Shown piece by piece: positions 11,052 to 20,967 of a stretch of 64,000 nucleotides of DNA. The stretch comes from Candidatus Cloacimonadales bacterium. Its GTDB lineage: Bacteria; Cloacimonadota; Cloacimonadia; Cloacimonadales; JAFGVF01. The first letter of the stretch is position 1; each line of letters begins with the position of its first letter. The notes beneath the pieces were generated by a model, which searched no databases, was not told the origin of the DNA, and saw nothing but the letters and a program-made list of their open reading frames with translations. The DNA is taken from assembly GCA_963663475.2 (NCBI GenBank), contig CAXXJV010000001.1, positions 1,408,001 to 1,472,000 of the forward strand, in the 5' to 3' direction. The translations under genes and the position numbers were made by a program.

Positions 11052-11920
11052 AGAATCCCACTAAGAAAGTTTGTGCTATTCATGATTTAGCAGGACTAGG
11101 TCATGTATCATTGAATGAAGTAATATCAATTTTAAGTTCCATGGGGCAGCAGGTAGTATCATTACCTACAGCAGTTTTATCATCAAACACAGCCTATAAA
11201 AACTATAGGTTTTTAGATTTAACAGATCAGATGCCAGGTTTTATAGAGCATTGGAAAGAGTTAGGAATAGTTTTTGATGCTATTTATAGTGGTTTTTTAG
11301 GTTCACCTCGCCAGATAGAGATAGTAAAAAACTTAATCAGGGATTTTAAGAATCCTAATATGTTTGTAGTTGTTGATCCTGTATTTGGAGATGATGGTGA
11401 ATTATACTCTTCATTTGGTTTAGAGATGGTTGAGGAGATGCGGAAATTAATTGAAGTAGCTGATATTATCACGCCTAATATTACCGAAGCCTCCTTCATA
11501 TTAAAAGAAGAATACCCCAGAACAATCTCGGTTGAAAAAGCTAAGCAATGGTGCAAACAATTAGCAGATAAAGGGCCTAAGGTTGTTGTACTGACAAGTC
11601 TTCCTGATGAATGTGTTAAAAATAGAACAGGAGTTATAGCTTATAATAGGGAAGAAAAGAGGTTCTGGAAAGTCTCATGTGATTATATTCCTGCAAGTTA
11701 TCCAGGGACAGGAGATGCTTTTACTAGTGTTTTATTAGGTTCTTTGTTACAAGGAGATAGTTTACCTATAGCTTTAGATAGGGCTGTTCAATTTATCTCT
11801 ATAGGAATTCGTTCCACCTATGGTTTCAAGCATGATATAAATGAAGGCATATTAGTAGAAAGAGTTTTAAATTATCTCAAAGCACCTATACCAATGAGTT
11901 CCTTCGAGGTATTGGATTAA
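11048..11920 (+). CDS. pdxK: Pyridoxal/pyridoxamine kinase
   Basis: YSGFLGS, VDPVFGD, ITPNITEA, GTGDAF. Confidence 0.88.
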   Translation: MKNPTKKVCAIHDLAGLGHVSLNEVISILSSMGQQVVSLPTAVLSSNTAYKNYRFLDLTDQMPGFIEHWKELGIVFDAIYSGFLGSPRQIEIVKNLIRDFKNPNMFVVVDPVFGDDGELYSSFGLEMVEEMRKLIEVADIITPNITEASFILKEEYPRTISVEKAKQWCKQLADKGPKVVVLTSLPDECVKNRTGVIAYNREEKRFWKVSCDYIPASYPGTGDAFTSVLLGSLLQGDSLPIALDRAVQFISIGIRSTYGFKHDINEGILVERVLNYLKAPIPMSSFEVLD

Positions 11921-11922
11921 TT

Positions 11923-12744
11923 ATGAAAAAGATTGTATTTACTGATTTAGATAGAACACTTTTTACACAAGACTCTCAGATATCTCAAAGGAATTATGAT
12001 TCTTTAGTTAAACTCGGACAGGCAGGTATTATAAGAGTAATAGTGACAGGTAGGAATCTTTATTCTGCTCAATCTGTTTTGCCTTCAGATTTTCCCATAG
12101 ATTATTTGGTGATATCTTCTGGGGCGGGAATAATAGATTTCAAGACACAAAAATTAATTACTAAAAATGAGATAGACAATAAATTAGTGAGGAGAGTTAT
12201 CCTATTTTTGCAGGAATTAGATGTTGACTTTATGATTCATCATCCTATTCCTCAGAATCATTTTTTTCATTATTATAAAGCTACAAATCCTTGTCGAGAT
12301 TCAGCTAAAAGAATCAACCATTATCAAGGATTTGCTTATGAGATAAAAGGAGAATATGACCAGAATGCAAGTCAATTATTGGCTATAGTTGAAGAAGACA
12401 AGGAAGATTTAGTAGAGCATGTCATAGAGAATTTACCAGATCTTTCCATAATTAGGGCTACTTCTCCCTTAGATCACAAATCAGTTTGGATAGAAATATT
12501 TCCTAAGGGAATTAATAAAGGATATGCTTGTAATAAATTATTAAGCGATTTAGGATTAGCTACAAGTCAGGCCCTAGCAATTGGTAATGATTATAATGAT
12601 ATCGCTATGTTAGAGTCATTTACAGATTCATATGTAGTTGGAAATGCTCCTCAGATTATGAAGGATATTTATAAACTAGTAGCTAGAGATAGAGATGATG
12701 GTTTTACAGAAATGCTAAGCAAACATTTTAATTTTATAAAGTGA
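11923..12744 (+). CDS. Cof-like HAD hydrolase
   Basis: DLDRTL, TGR, KG, GNDYND motifs. Confidence 0.88.
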   Translation: MKKIVFTDLDRTLFTQDSQISQRNYDSLVKLGQAGIIRVIVTGRNLYSAQSVLPSDFPIDYLVISSGAGIIDFKTQKLITKNEIDNKLVRRVILFLQELDVDFMIHHPIPQNHFFHYYKATNPCRDSAKRINHYQGFAYEIKGEYDQNASQLLAIVEEDKEDLVEHVIENLPDLSIIRATSPLDHKSVWIEIFPKGINKGYACNKLLSDLGLATSQALAIGNDYNDIAMLESFTDSYVVGNAPQIMKDIYKLVARDRDDGFTEMLSKHFNFIK

Positions 12745-12751
12745 GGTAAGG

Positions 12752-13834
12752 ATGAAAATAAGAGAGTTAAGCAGTGAGTTAGCAAAAATAATGCCTACTA
12801 ATATTGCTTTTGAATGGGATAATGTTGGTCTTTTAATTGGGGATGGACAGAATCAAGTCAAGAAGGTTCTGTTAACTTTAGATGTTACAGAAAATGCTGT
12901 AAAGAAAGCCATTGAACAAGATTGCAATTTAATAATATCTCATCATCCAATTATTTTTGGTAAGCTATCTTCTTTAAATAATCCTTTACATCTTAAATTA
13001 ATCAGAGCAAATATTGATGTGATATCTATGCATACTAATTTAGATTCAATAGCAAGTGGAGTAAACAGAATTTTATCTGAGAGGTTAAACTTAAAGAATC
13101 TTAGATTTATAAGTTCTGAGGGGGGAAATAAGGTATATTGGGTAAAAGTATTTGTTCCCGTATCCCACTCCGAGATTCTCCAACAAGAGATTATCAATGC
13201 AGGAGGAGGGCTTTATGAAAAGTATGATTCTTGCATGGTAAGTAAGGAAGTCAGGGGCTCATTTGTGGCTAAAGAAGGAGCTAAACCTCATATTGGTCAG
13301 ATAGATAAAAGACAAGTGGTTGATGAAATTGAATTGCAATTTAGGGTAGATAAGGCGAATTTAAATCAGGTAATTACTCGTATAAAGTCTATTCATCCTT
13401 ATGAAAGACCAGTTTACCATTTTTATGAAATTACAGATGATAATATAAATTATGGTTCAGGAATGGTGGGTGACTTAGATAGAGAATATTCCTTAGATGA
13501 ATTTGCTAATCATGTTAAAGCTAGATTAAAAGCACCTTTTGTTAAATTATGGACTGCTGGTTTGGCAGATAAAAAAATTAAAAGAGTTTCTGTATGTGGA
13601 GGTTCAGGTTCATTTTTAATTAAGAGGGCTAGTGCAATTAGTGATCTTATTGTAACAGGTGATGTTACTTATCACACAATGCTAGATTCTCCTTTACCTA
13701 TTGTAGATGCAGGTCATTTCTTTACTGAGAATCCAGTATTAGATTATCTAGGTGAATTACTTAAATCATTCAATATTGGCTATTGCCTTCTAAGTCAAGA
13801 AGAGCATGAGATCAAAAACCTCAGTATAAAGTAA
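12752..13834 (+). CDS. Nif3-like dinuclear metal centre protein
   Basis: WDNVGL, SHHP, HTNLD, HPYE, TGD..YH, DAGHF.TE. Confidence 0.92.
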   Translation: MKIRELSSELAKIMPTNIAFEWDNVGLLIGDGQNQVKKVLLTLDVTENAVKKAIEQDCNLIISHHPIIFGKLSSLNNPLHLKLIRANIDVISMHTNLDSIASGVNRILSERLNLKNLRFISSEGGNKVYWVKVFVPVSHSEILQQEIINAGGGLYEKYDSCMVSKEVRGSFVAKEGAKPHIGQIDKRQVVDEIELQFRVDKANLNQVITRIKSIHPYERPVYHFYEITDDNINYGSGMVGDLDREYSLDEFANHVKARLKAPFVKLWTAGLADKKIKRVSVCGGSGSFLIKRASAISDLIVTGDVTYHTMLDSPLPIVDAGHFFTENPVLDYLGELLKSFNIGYCLLSQEEHEIKNLSIK

Positions 13835-13844
13835 GGATTAGTAT

Positions 13845-15026
13845 ATGAAAAGAATGTTTAAAATGGTGAATAAAATTCAGGACTATGAGTGGGGAACACA
13901 GGATTATATAGCTGAGTTAATAGCTCTTGAGAAAAAAGATGATAAGCCTTGGGCTGAACTTTGGATGAGCTCTCATGAAAAAGCACCATCTTACCTTCCA
14001 GAGCTTGATATGACTTTGGATAAAGCTATAGCCAGGAATCCCCAATACTTCCTTGGTAAGGAGACTGCTGAAGAATATAATATGAAGTTACCTTATCTTT
14101 TTAAAGTGCTTAGTTCAAGTAAAGCTTTGTCTATCCAAGCCCACCCGAATTTAGATCAAGCTAAGACTGGTTATAAAAAAGAGAATGAACATGGAATTGC
14201 TTTGGGTGATTATAAGCGCAACTATAAAGACGATAATCATAAACCGGAATTAATTTGTGCTTTAACTGATTTTCATGCTATGTGTGGCTTTAGACCAAGC
14301 TGGGAAACAATTAATTATTTCTCTGAGTTAGATTTACCTTCTATTTTTGAAAATTTTTATCAGTTTAAAAAGCTGGGTGATTCTGTTAGCTGGGCAAAGC
14401 TATTTAATGAAATCTTACGGGTATCAGGAGATAAAAAGCAAGCAATTCTTGAGAGAGTAAGAAAAAACCTGTCTTCATTAACTGATCAATATACTAGTAG
14501 TTGGTTAGCTAAATTATTAGATTTTTATCCTAATGATATTGGTGCTATCTCTCCTCTTTTCTTAAACACTTTTATGCTGAAACCAGGTCAGGCTATTTTT
14601 CTAGAAGCTGGTCTTCTTCATGCTTACTTGCAAGGAAGTGGAATCGAGATAATGGCAAATTCAGATAATGTACTAAGAGGTGGACTTACTCCTAAGAATA
14701 TTGATGTAGATGAATTAACTTCAATATTAAAATGGGATATGAAGAAAGCAGATATCCAAAATTATCCTAGTGAGCAAGAATTAATCAATTATGAAATACC
14801 CATTAGCGAGTTTAGTTTGAGAAAACTTAATTTACATGGGATTTACAAGCTTGTAAATGGAAAACCAACCATGCTCTTACTTGTCTCAGGCAACTTAGTT
14901 GCTAAAACTGCTTCTGAAATACTAAGAGTTGAAAAAGGAGAATCAATATTTCTCACTGGTCAAGCTAAAGATGTTGAATTATCTGGACAAGCTTTGGTAT
15001 TTATAGCATCAACTGGAACTAACTAA
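13845..15026 (+). CDS. manA: Mannose-6-phosphate isomerase, class I
   Basis: YEWG, AELWM, LSIQAHP, YKDDNHKPE, EIMANSDNVLRGGLT. Confidence 0.95.
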   Translation: MKRMFKMVNKIQDYEWGTQDYIAELIALEKKDDKPWAELWMSSHEKAPSYLPELDMTLDKAIARNPQYFLGKETAEEYNMKLPYLFKVLSSSKALSIQAHPNLDQAKTGYKKENEHGIALGDYKRNYKDDNHKPELICALTDFHAMCGFRPSWETINYFSELDLPSIFENFYQFKKLGDSVSWAKLFNEILRVSGDKKQAILERVRKNLSSLTDQYTSSWLAKLLDFYPNDIGAISPLFLNTFMLKPGQAIFLEAGLLHAYLQGSGIEIMANSDNVLRGGLTPKNIDVDELTSILKWDMKKADIQNYPSEQELINYEIPISEFSLRKLNLHGIYKLVNGKPTMLLLVSGNLVAKTASEILRVEKGESIFLTGQAKDVELSGQALVFIASTGTN

Positions 15027-15039
15027 AAACTATTCAAAT

Positions 15040-15080
15040 AAAAAAAAGAGGACTTAGCTAGCTAAGTCCTCTAGTTTTTT
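15040..15080. terminator. Bidirectional terminator between manA and the RRM gene
   Basis: A tract-AGAGGACTTAGCTAGCTAAGTCCTCT-T tract. Confidence 0.7.
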
Positions 15081-15132
15081 AAATAATTCTTTATCAAAAT
15101 CTCACTTCTGAGCGAGATAAACAAATTCTAAA

Positions 15133-15408
15133 TTAATATCTGTTTGTTCTGCGTCTTGGTCTTTCTTCTCTAGGACGAGCTTCATTAACTTTGATGCCTC
15201 TTCCCATTATTTCTTTGTCATTTAAACTGTCGATAGCTTCTTGACCAGCTGCATTGTCAGCCATTTCAACGAAACCAAAACCTTTAGGACGACCAGTTTC
15301 TCTGTCTTCAATAATTTTAACTGAAGTAACTTCACCAAATTCCGCAAATAATTCTCTTAATTCTTCTTGTGTCATAGTATATGACAAGTTTCCAACGTAA
15401 ATATTCAT
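15133..15408 (-). CDS. RRM RNA-binding protein (start revised to ATG 15408)
   Basis: MNIYVGNLSY (RNP2), KGFGFVEM (RNP1), VNEARPR; GAGGA RBS upstream. Confidence 0.93.
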   Translation of the reverse strand: MNIYVGNLSYTMTQEELRELFAEFGEVTSVKIIEDRETGRPKGFGFVEMADNAAGQEAIDSLNDKEIMGRGIKVNEARPREERPRRRTNRY

Positions 15409-15744
15409 TAATTCCTCACATTCTAACTTCTTATACAGAAGTCTATTTGACCTAAAAATATAAAAGTGTAATTTACTGTCAATCTTTATTTTATTTATTT
15501 TCTGTAAATTGATAAAAATGTGAGTAAAAAGTTGGCGATAGGTGGTATTAATCATATGTTAGACACAAGTCTAAGGAATTAGAGAAAAACAAAAAATATA
15601 TTTTCTTAAGGAGGTTTAATACTTGTTTTTAAATTAATATACTTCTTAATCTCCAAAATTTAATCAAGATGGCACTTATAGCAAAAAGGATATTGATAGA
15701 GATGTTTCTTGACATAATAGACCCAATATTTGGAATGGTCTAGT

Positions 15745-15895
15745 AACTGGTTCACAAATGTGCTAAGATGGAATTCGGTGAAAAACCGAAACAGCCCCCG
15801 CTACTGTAATTAGGAACGAAATAGTCGAGACCACTCTCTTTGGAGGGGAAGGTACTAGAGTAGGTAGCCTATTAGTCAGGAAACATGCCAGAGAC
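15745..15895 (+). ncRNA. Cobalamin riboswitch
   Basis: GGAAttcGGTGaaAAtCC-like element, GCCCCCGCTACTGTAA, CCACT...GGGAAGG, AGTCAGGAAACATGCC B12 box; TTGACA at 15709. Confidence 0.9.
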
Positions 15896-15991
15896 AATAC
15901 TATAAAATAACTTTCGGGTGGAAGGTTAGATTTATTACCCTTTGTAATACAATCTATAATTTTCATCTGGAGAAGTAAGGAGTTTGTACCT

Positions 15992-18667
15992 ATGTGTAGT
16001 ACTTTGGACTTTTCTGGATTTATGAAATCCAAATTCATGATTTTACTGTTACTTTTGAACCTTAGTTCATTGTTTTCTTTCTCATTTGACGATGTCCAGT
16101 TTTGGGCAGGTCAGGGTTCTTCTCAAGCAATTCTGGTTATTGATTGGCAAGATGATTATCCAGCTCTTGTTTGGGGTTACAGGTTTTCCTACATGACCTC
16201 AGGAGCTGATATGCTTAATGCAATTGCTGAAGCTGATGAGAGACTTTCTTTTAATGGTTCAAGTTTTGTTAATGATTTATCTTACATTGTTGAAGGGGTG
16301 AACCAGCATTCTGGAATGCATGGTGATCCTAATTACTGGAGTCTTCACCAGGCTACAGTTGAAGGAGATTCTTTAGACTGGTCACACTTAGCTGGTTTAA
16401 ATTTTACAATTCAAGCAGGACAAGCTTTAGGCTGTTCTTATGGAATTGACAATCCCACAAATGATTATAACAACTTAGAAATAGTCCAAGTTCCATATGA
16501 AATACCAGAAGAACCTACAATGGCTGATATTGATTATTGGGTAGGAAGTGGAAGTAATGAGGCAGCTTTAGTTATTGACTGGTTTGATGGTTTAAATCCA
16601 CGCTCCTTAGTTTGGGGGTATCGTTGGGATGGAGAAGCTAATGGACTGGATATGATTAATGCTATTGCTGAAGCAGATATCCGTCTCTCTGGAGATTTTG
16701 ATGCAATGGTATCCCAAGTTCAATACGATTTGGACAATAATGGATTAATTGATGAAAGTGACCATAATATGGGAATGAATGAATATCCATCAGGCTATTG
16801 GAGTTATTTTTTAAAGGCAGAATCCACGCAAGATTGGACTTATGCTTCTACTGGTGTAGCAGGTAGAATTCTCACTGATGGTTGTTGGGATGGTTGGGTG
16901 TTTGTTACAGATTGGTCAATTTCTGAGTTTCCATATCCTGCACTCCCCGCTGAAGCTCCAATTACAAATGAAAGTCCTATTAGTTTTGAAGAAATTAACT
17001 ACTGGATTGGAGAAGGTAATCAAGCTGCCCTCTTAATCATTGACTGGAATGATGATAGTACTAACCCTTCTTTAGCCTGGGGTTATAGATTTAATTCTGG
17101 AGATAGTGCAAGTGGGGCAAGTATCTTAGAAGCTATCTCTGCAGTAGATAATAGACTTGATGTTGAGATGACTTCAATGCTGGATGAAATAACTTATAGT
17201 GTAGATGGACAAGTAGAAAATACTTCAATTGATGGGGGAGATTGGTGGTCAACATGGACCTGGACAGAAGATTCAGCTTGGGAAATGAATTCAGGTATAT
17301 CAGCTAATATTTTAGATGGTCAAATATTTGCTTGCTCATACGGCTTTACTCCTCACGCAAGTGCGCCTGATAATCCTATAGCAGTTGACGAGTATATTAT
17401 TCAGGGGGATAGTCCTCTTGCAGTTGATGATAACTATTATATCCAGAATGACATCATGTATCAACTTCACATTCTTAATAATGACTCTGATGATATTGAA
17501 ATCAATCCGACATCTATTATTATTGTTAATGATGCTAGTTATGGTAACTTAACTGTGACTACTGATGGCCATATTGAATATATTAGTGAAGTAGCTTATG
17601 AAGGTCAAGATAGTTTTTCATATCAAATTTATGATTATGATAACATGGTTTCAAATGAAGCTGTAGTGAATCTACATATATATGCTGCTTTTACAGGAAA
17701 TGCAGATGCTGAAAACACTTTAGCTATTTCAAATGAGTCTGCAGAGATTAAAGCTTGGGCAAGTGGTATTGAACTAGTCAGAGGTCCTCAAAATATCTCA
17801 GATGAAAATTCTCCTTTAGCTTCTTACGGGTCAGAAGAAAATGCCTTAGGTTTTGCAGAAGGTAGCTCAACTGAAGTAGTCTCTCTAGGTGATGGAGGTA
17901 GTGCAACACTTACTTTTACTAATCCTATTATTGATGGTCCAGGTCCTGATTTTGCTGTTTTTGAGAATGCTTTTTTGGATACTAGTCTTGAGTTAGCTTT
18001 CGTAGAAGTAAGCTCTAATGGCATTGATTTTGTTAGGTTTCCTGCTATTTCTCTGACTCAGAATGAAGTTCAATTAGGTAATTCTGATGGTATTGATTGT
18101 AGGTCAATTCATAATTTAGCGGGAAAATATAGACAAGGTTATGGCACTCCTTTTGATTTAGCTCAACTCGCAGAGTTTCCTGAATTAAATCTTAACAATA
18201 TAATGTATGTTAGAATTATTGATGTTGTAGGTTCAATCACACCTGAATATGCTAGTTATGATTCAAATGGTAATATTATAAATGATCCATTTCCAACAGA
18301 CTTTGAATCTGCTGGATTTGACTTAGATGGAATAGCTGTTATTAATGAATGGGAAGAAGTTTCTAATGACAACAATATTATTGGATCTTTAGTAACTACT
18401 TTAGGAGATGCCTATCCAAATCCTTTTAATCCTGAAACTACAATTAGTTTCTCTATCCCAGAAAGTCAAAAGTGTATTCTGCAAATATATAACTTAAAAG
18501 GACAGTTAGTTAAAAACATTGTTAATAATCATTTAACTAAAGGAAGTCATGCTTACACCTGGAATGGTAAGGATAATAAAGGTAAAACTGTTAGCTCTGG
18601 TATTTATTTGTATGAATTAAAAACTACCAATAGGTCTTTTGTTAAAAAGATGATTCTGCAAAAATAG
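15992..18667 (+). CDS. Secreted multidomain protein (three repeats, Ig-like domain, FlgD-Ig C-terminal domain); candidate corrinoid-binding protein
   Basis: Signal-like N-terminus; 3x I.YW.G.G...A.L.IDW...L.WGYR; SLGDGG..GPDFAVFENAF domain; YPNPFNPETTISF...KKMILQK; lies behind the riboswitch. Confidence 0.75.
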   Translation: MCSTLDFSGFMKSKFMILLLLLNLSSLFSFSFDDVQFWAGQGSSQAILVIDWQDDYPALVWGYRFSYMTSGADMLNAIAEADERLSFNGSSFVNDLSYIVEGVNQHSGMHGDPNYWSLHQATVEGDSLDWSHLAGLNFTIQAGQALGCSYGIDNPTNDYNNLEIVQVPYEIPEEPTMADIDYWVGSGSNEAALVIDWFDGLNPRSLVWGYRWDGEANGLDMINAIAEADIRLSGDFDAMVSQVQYDLDNNGLIDESDHNMGMNEYPSGYWSYFLKAESTQDWTYASTGVAGRILTDGCWDGWVFVTDWSISEFPYPALPAEAPITNESPISFEEINYWIGEGNQAALLIIDWNDDSTNPSLAWGYRFNSGDSASGASILEAISAVDNRLDVEMTSMLDEITYSVDGQVENTSIDGGDWWSTWTWTEDSAWEMNSGISANILDGQIFACSYGFTPHASAPDNPIAVDEYIIQGDSPLAVDDNYYIQNDIMYQLHILNNDSDDIEINPTSIIIVNDASYGNLTVTTDGHIEYISEVAYEGQDSFSYQIYDYDNMVSNEAVVNLHIYAAFTGNADAENTLAISNESAEIKAWASGIELVRGPQNISDENSPLASYGSEENALGFAEGSSTEVVSLGDGGSATLTFTNPIIDGPGPDFAVFENAFLDTSLELAFVEVSSNGIDFVRFPAISLTQNEVQLGNSDGIDCRSIHNLAGKYRQGYGTPFDLAQLAEFPELNLNNIMYVRIIDVVGSITPEYASYDSNGNIINDPFPTDFESAGFDLDGIAVINEWEEVSNDNNIIGSLVTTLGDAYPNPFNPETTISFSIPESQKCILQIYNLKGQLVKNIVNNHLTKGSHAYTWNGKDNKGKTVSSGIYLYELKTTNRSFVKKMILQK

Positions 18668-18746
18668 CTTGGATCTGTTTTATTAATTAGAATAATAATC
18701 CTTTAAGAGAGTATTGAGAAAATCAGTACTCTCTTTTATTAACCTT

Positions 18747-19116
18747 TAACCCCGATAGTGCAGTAGAGCTTTGCGAATAGCAGAATCTTTTTTTGCAAGA
18801 GTAAGCTACATAATTTTCATGAATATATATATTAGGCTCAAGTTCAAGTCTGGTGGGAATAATATAGGAAAATGAGAATATTTCATTACTATATTGATTC
18901 ATCAAAAATCCCTGAAAGGGATAAAATAATTTAGCCCAGGGTAAGATGCTGACTTGTGAAGGCGTAGCTTTAGCGAAGACTCAAAGTATCGCAAGCCTGG
19001 ATAATGATTGCTAGCCCAAAGATATTACCCTGTAAGGGTTTAATAAAATGATAAATAATGTATTATCCCAAATAATCTGCACTCTTCACCAAAGCTCTAC
19101 TACACTATCTGGGTTT
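18747..19116. repeat. MITE split by an inverted REP-arm composite
   Basis: MITE 5' part 18747-18832 and 3' part ~19070-19116; the intervening DNA is the reverse complement of ~1128-1333. Confidence 0.75.
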
Positions 19117-19280
19117 TAAAATAAAGATTCCTGATAAAGTAATGGAGAAGAAAGTCTTATTACCGAAAATCAATGCCCTATTCGAGTTTAACTGACTTTC
19201 CAAAGAACTTTATAGCTACTAAACTAGTTAGATATTGACATATTTTATTAAGAAAAAAACATAGCAAAAAGGAAGGTAAA

Positions 19281-19775
19281 ATGGAAAATACAAATGATTT
19301 GGCAAAAAAAGCTTATGATTTAGCAAGTAAATATTACTTAGAACATGGTGGCTGTCCTCAATGTGTTCTAATGGCAGTAAAAGAAACCATAGGTTTTGTG
19401 ACTGATGATTTGATTAAGGCTTCTCATCCTCTTTCTGGAGGGGTAAGTCTGCTTGGTAAAGGAACATGTGGAGCTTTAACTGGTGGTCTGTTAGCTCTTG
19501 GTAGCAAGTATGGAAGAGATTTAGCTAAAGCAAGTCATGTTAAAACTAAGAAAAGCTTAGAAATGGGGAAAGAGCTTATTGAACGTCACGAAAAGGAACT
19601 TGGCTCATTTACATGTCATGGCTTTCAAAAACAAATTCACAATAAAACTTTCGATATGTGGAATCCTGAAGAGCTTGAGCAAGTGAAAAATGATAAGTTT
19701 GTTAAAAATTGTGCTCATATTACTGGAAAAGTTGCTCAGTGGTGTGTGGAGATGATATTGCAAGAATCAAGATAA
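19281..19775 (+). CDS. C_GCAxxG_C_C family putative redox protein
   Basis: CPQCV, GTCGALTGG, later C and C. Confidence 0.85.
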   Translation: MENTNDLAKKAYDLASKYYLEHGGCPQCVLMAVKETIGFVTDDLIKASHPLSGGVSLLGKGTCGALTGGLLALGSKYGRDLAKASHVKTKKSLEMGKELIERHEKELGSFTCHGFQKQIHNKTFDMWNPEELEQVKNDKFVKNCAHITGKVAQWCVEMILQESR

Positions 19776-19875
19776 TAAGCTAATGCTAAAAAATCTAAAA
19801 AAATAGCTATCATAATATCTGAATGATTTGTTACTTGACATTAATAAAAACAAAAGTATTGTGGATACAAAATAA

Positions 19876-20967
19876 GTGGGAGATACAATGATAGATAAAA
19901 TATCTGTTTCTGGTTATAAATCTATTAAAAAAACTGAGTTATTACTTAAAAACTTAAATGTTCTAATTGGACCTAACGGAGCTGGTAAAAGTAATTTTTT
20001 ATCTATCTTTAAAATGGTTAAAAGTATTATTAATGAGGATTTCCAGAAATGGGTTATTAAAAATGGAGGAGCTAATAGGATATTACATTTTGGAGAGAAG
20101 GTTACTAGTCAGATATCCCTTGAACTATGTTTCGGGAGGGATAAATACCAGGCAGACCTGATTCCTGCTAGAGATACTCTTTTGATAGGTAAAGATACTC
20201 TGTATTATACATTTTTTAGTGGTTATGAATATGATATACCATCTACGAAACAAGCTCCTGAAAGTTGTATCCGTAAAGAAGCTCTTTTACACCCGAATAA
20301 GATTGCTGATAAAATGTTAAAAAAGATGAGTGATTGGCAAATTTTCCACTTTCATGATACTAGTGATTCTTCTCCAATGAAAAGATATAATGACATAGTT
20401 GGTAATGATAAACTCCTAAGCGATGCTGGAAATATTTCAGCATACCTATATTTTTTAAAAAGAAAATATCCTAAGAATTATTTTTTAATTGAAAATACTA
20501 TCCAATTAATCGCTCCCTATTTTAAGAGATTTGTAATAGAACCAACTTTAGAAAATGATAATTTGGTAAGGCTAAAATGGATCAGTCATTCTTATGATTA
20601 TGTAATGGATATTGATGATTTTTCAGATGGTACTTTAAGATTTATATGTTATGTAGTTCTACTACTTCAACCTTCAGAATTAATTCCAGAGACTATTATT
20701 ATTGATGAGCCAGAATTAGGTCTGCACCCTAAAGCCCTCGAAACTCTAGTATCAATGTTAAAAGTAGTTGCTGAAAACAAACAAGTGATTATTTCAACCC
20801 AGTCTGTTGAACTAATCAACTATTTCGATATTGAAGATTTGATTGTTGTTGATAGACTTAGAGAAGATAGTAACTTTAAGAGATTGAAGAAAGCAGATTT
20901 TGAAGCTTGGCTAGAAGATTATTCTTTAGGAGAGATGTGGAACAAGAATATAATTGGAGGACAATAA
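19876..20967 (+). CDS. ABC-type (AAA_15/AAA_21) ATPase; probable start ATG 19888
   Basis: GYKSI, GPNGAGKSN, SDGTLRF, IIIDEPELGLHP, STQS. Confidence 0.88.
   Translation: MGDTMIDKISVSGYKSIKKTELLLKNLNVLIGPNGAGKSNFLSIFKMVKSIINEDFQKWVIKNGGANRILHFGEKVTSQISLELCFGRDKYQADLIPARDTLLIGKDTLYYTFFSGYEYDIPSTKQAPESCIRKEALLHPNKIADKMLKKMSDWQIFHFHDTSDSSPMKRYNDIVGNDKLLSDAGNISAYLYFLKRKYPKNYFLIENTIQLIAPYFKRFVIEPTLENDNLVRLKWISHSYDYVMDIDDFSDGTLRFICYVVLLLQPSELIPETIIIDEPELGLHPKALETLVSMLKVVAENKQVIISTQSVELINYFDIEDLIVVDRLREDSNFKRLKKADFEAWLEDYSLGEMWNKNIIGGQ

Noticed and set aside
15409-15555. N-terminal extension of the RRM ORF in the ORF track
   Set aside because: The domain and RBS indicate a start at 15408
15763-16038. 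Minus-strand 91 aa ORF
   Set aside because: It is antisense to the riboswitch and leader, with no protein features
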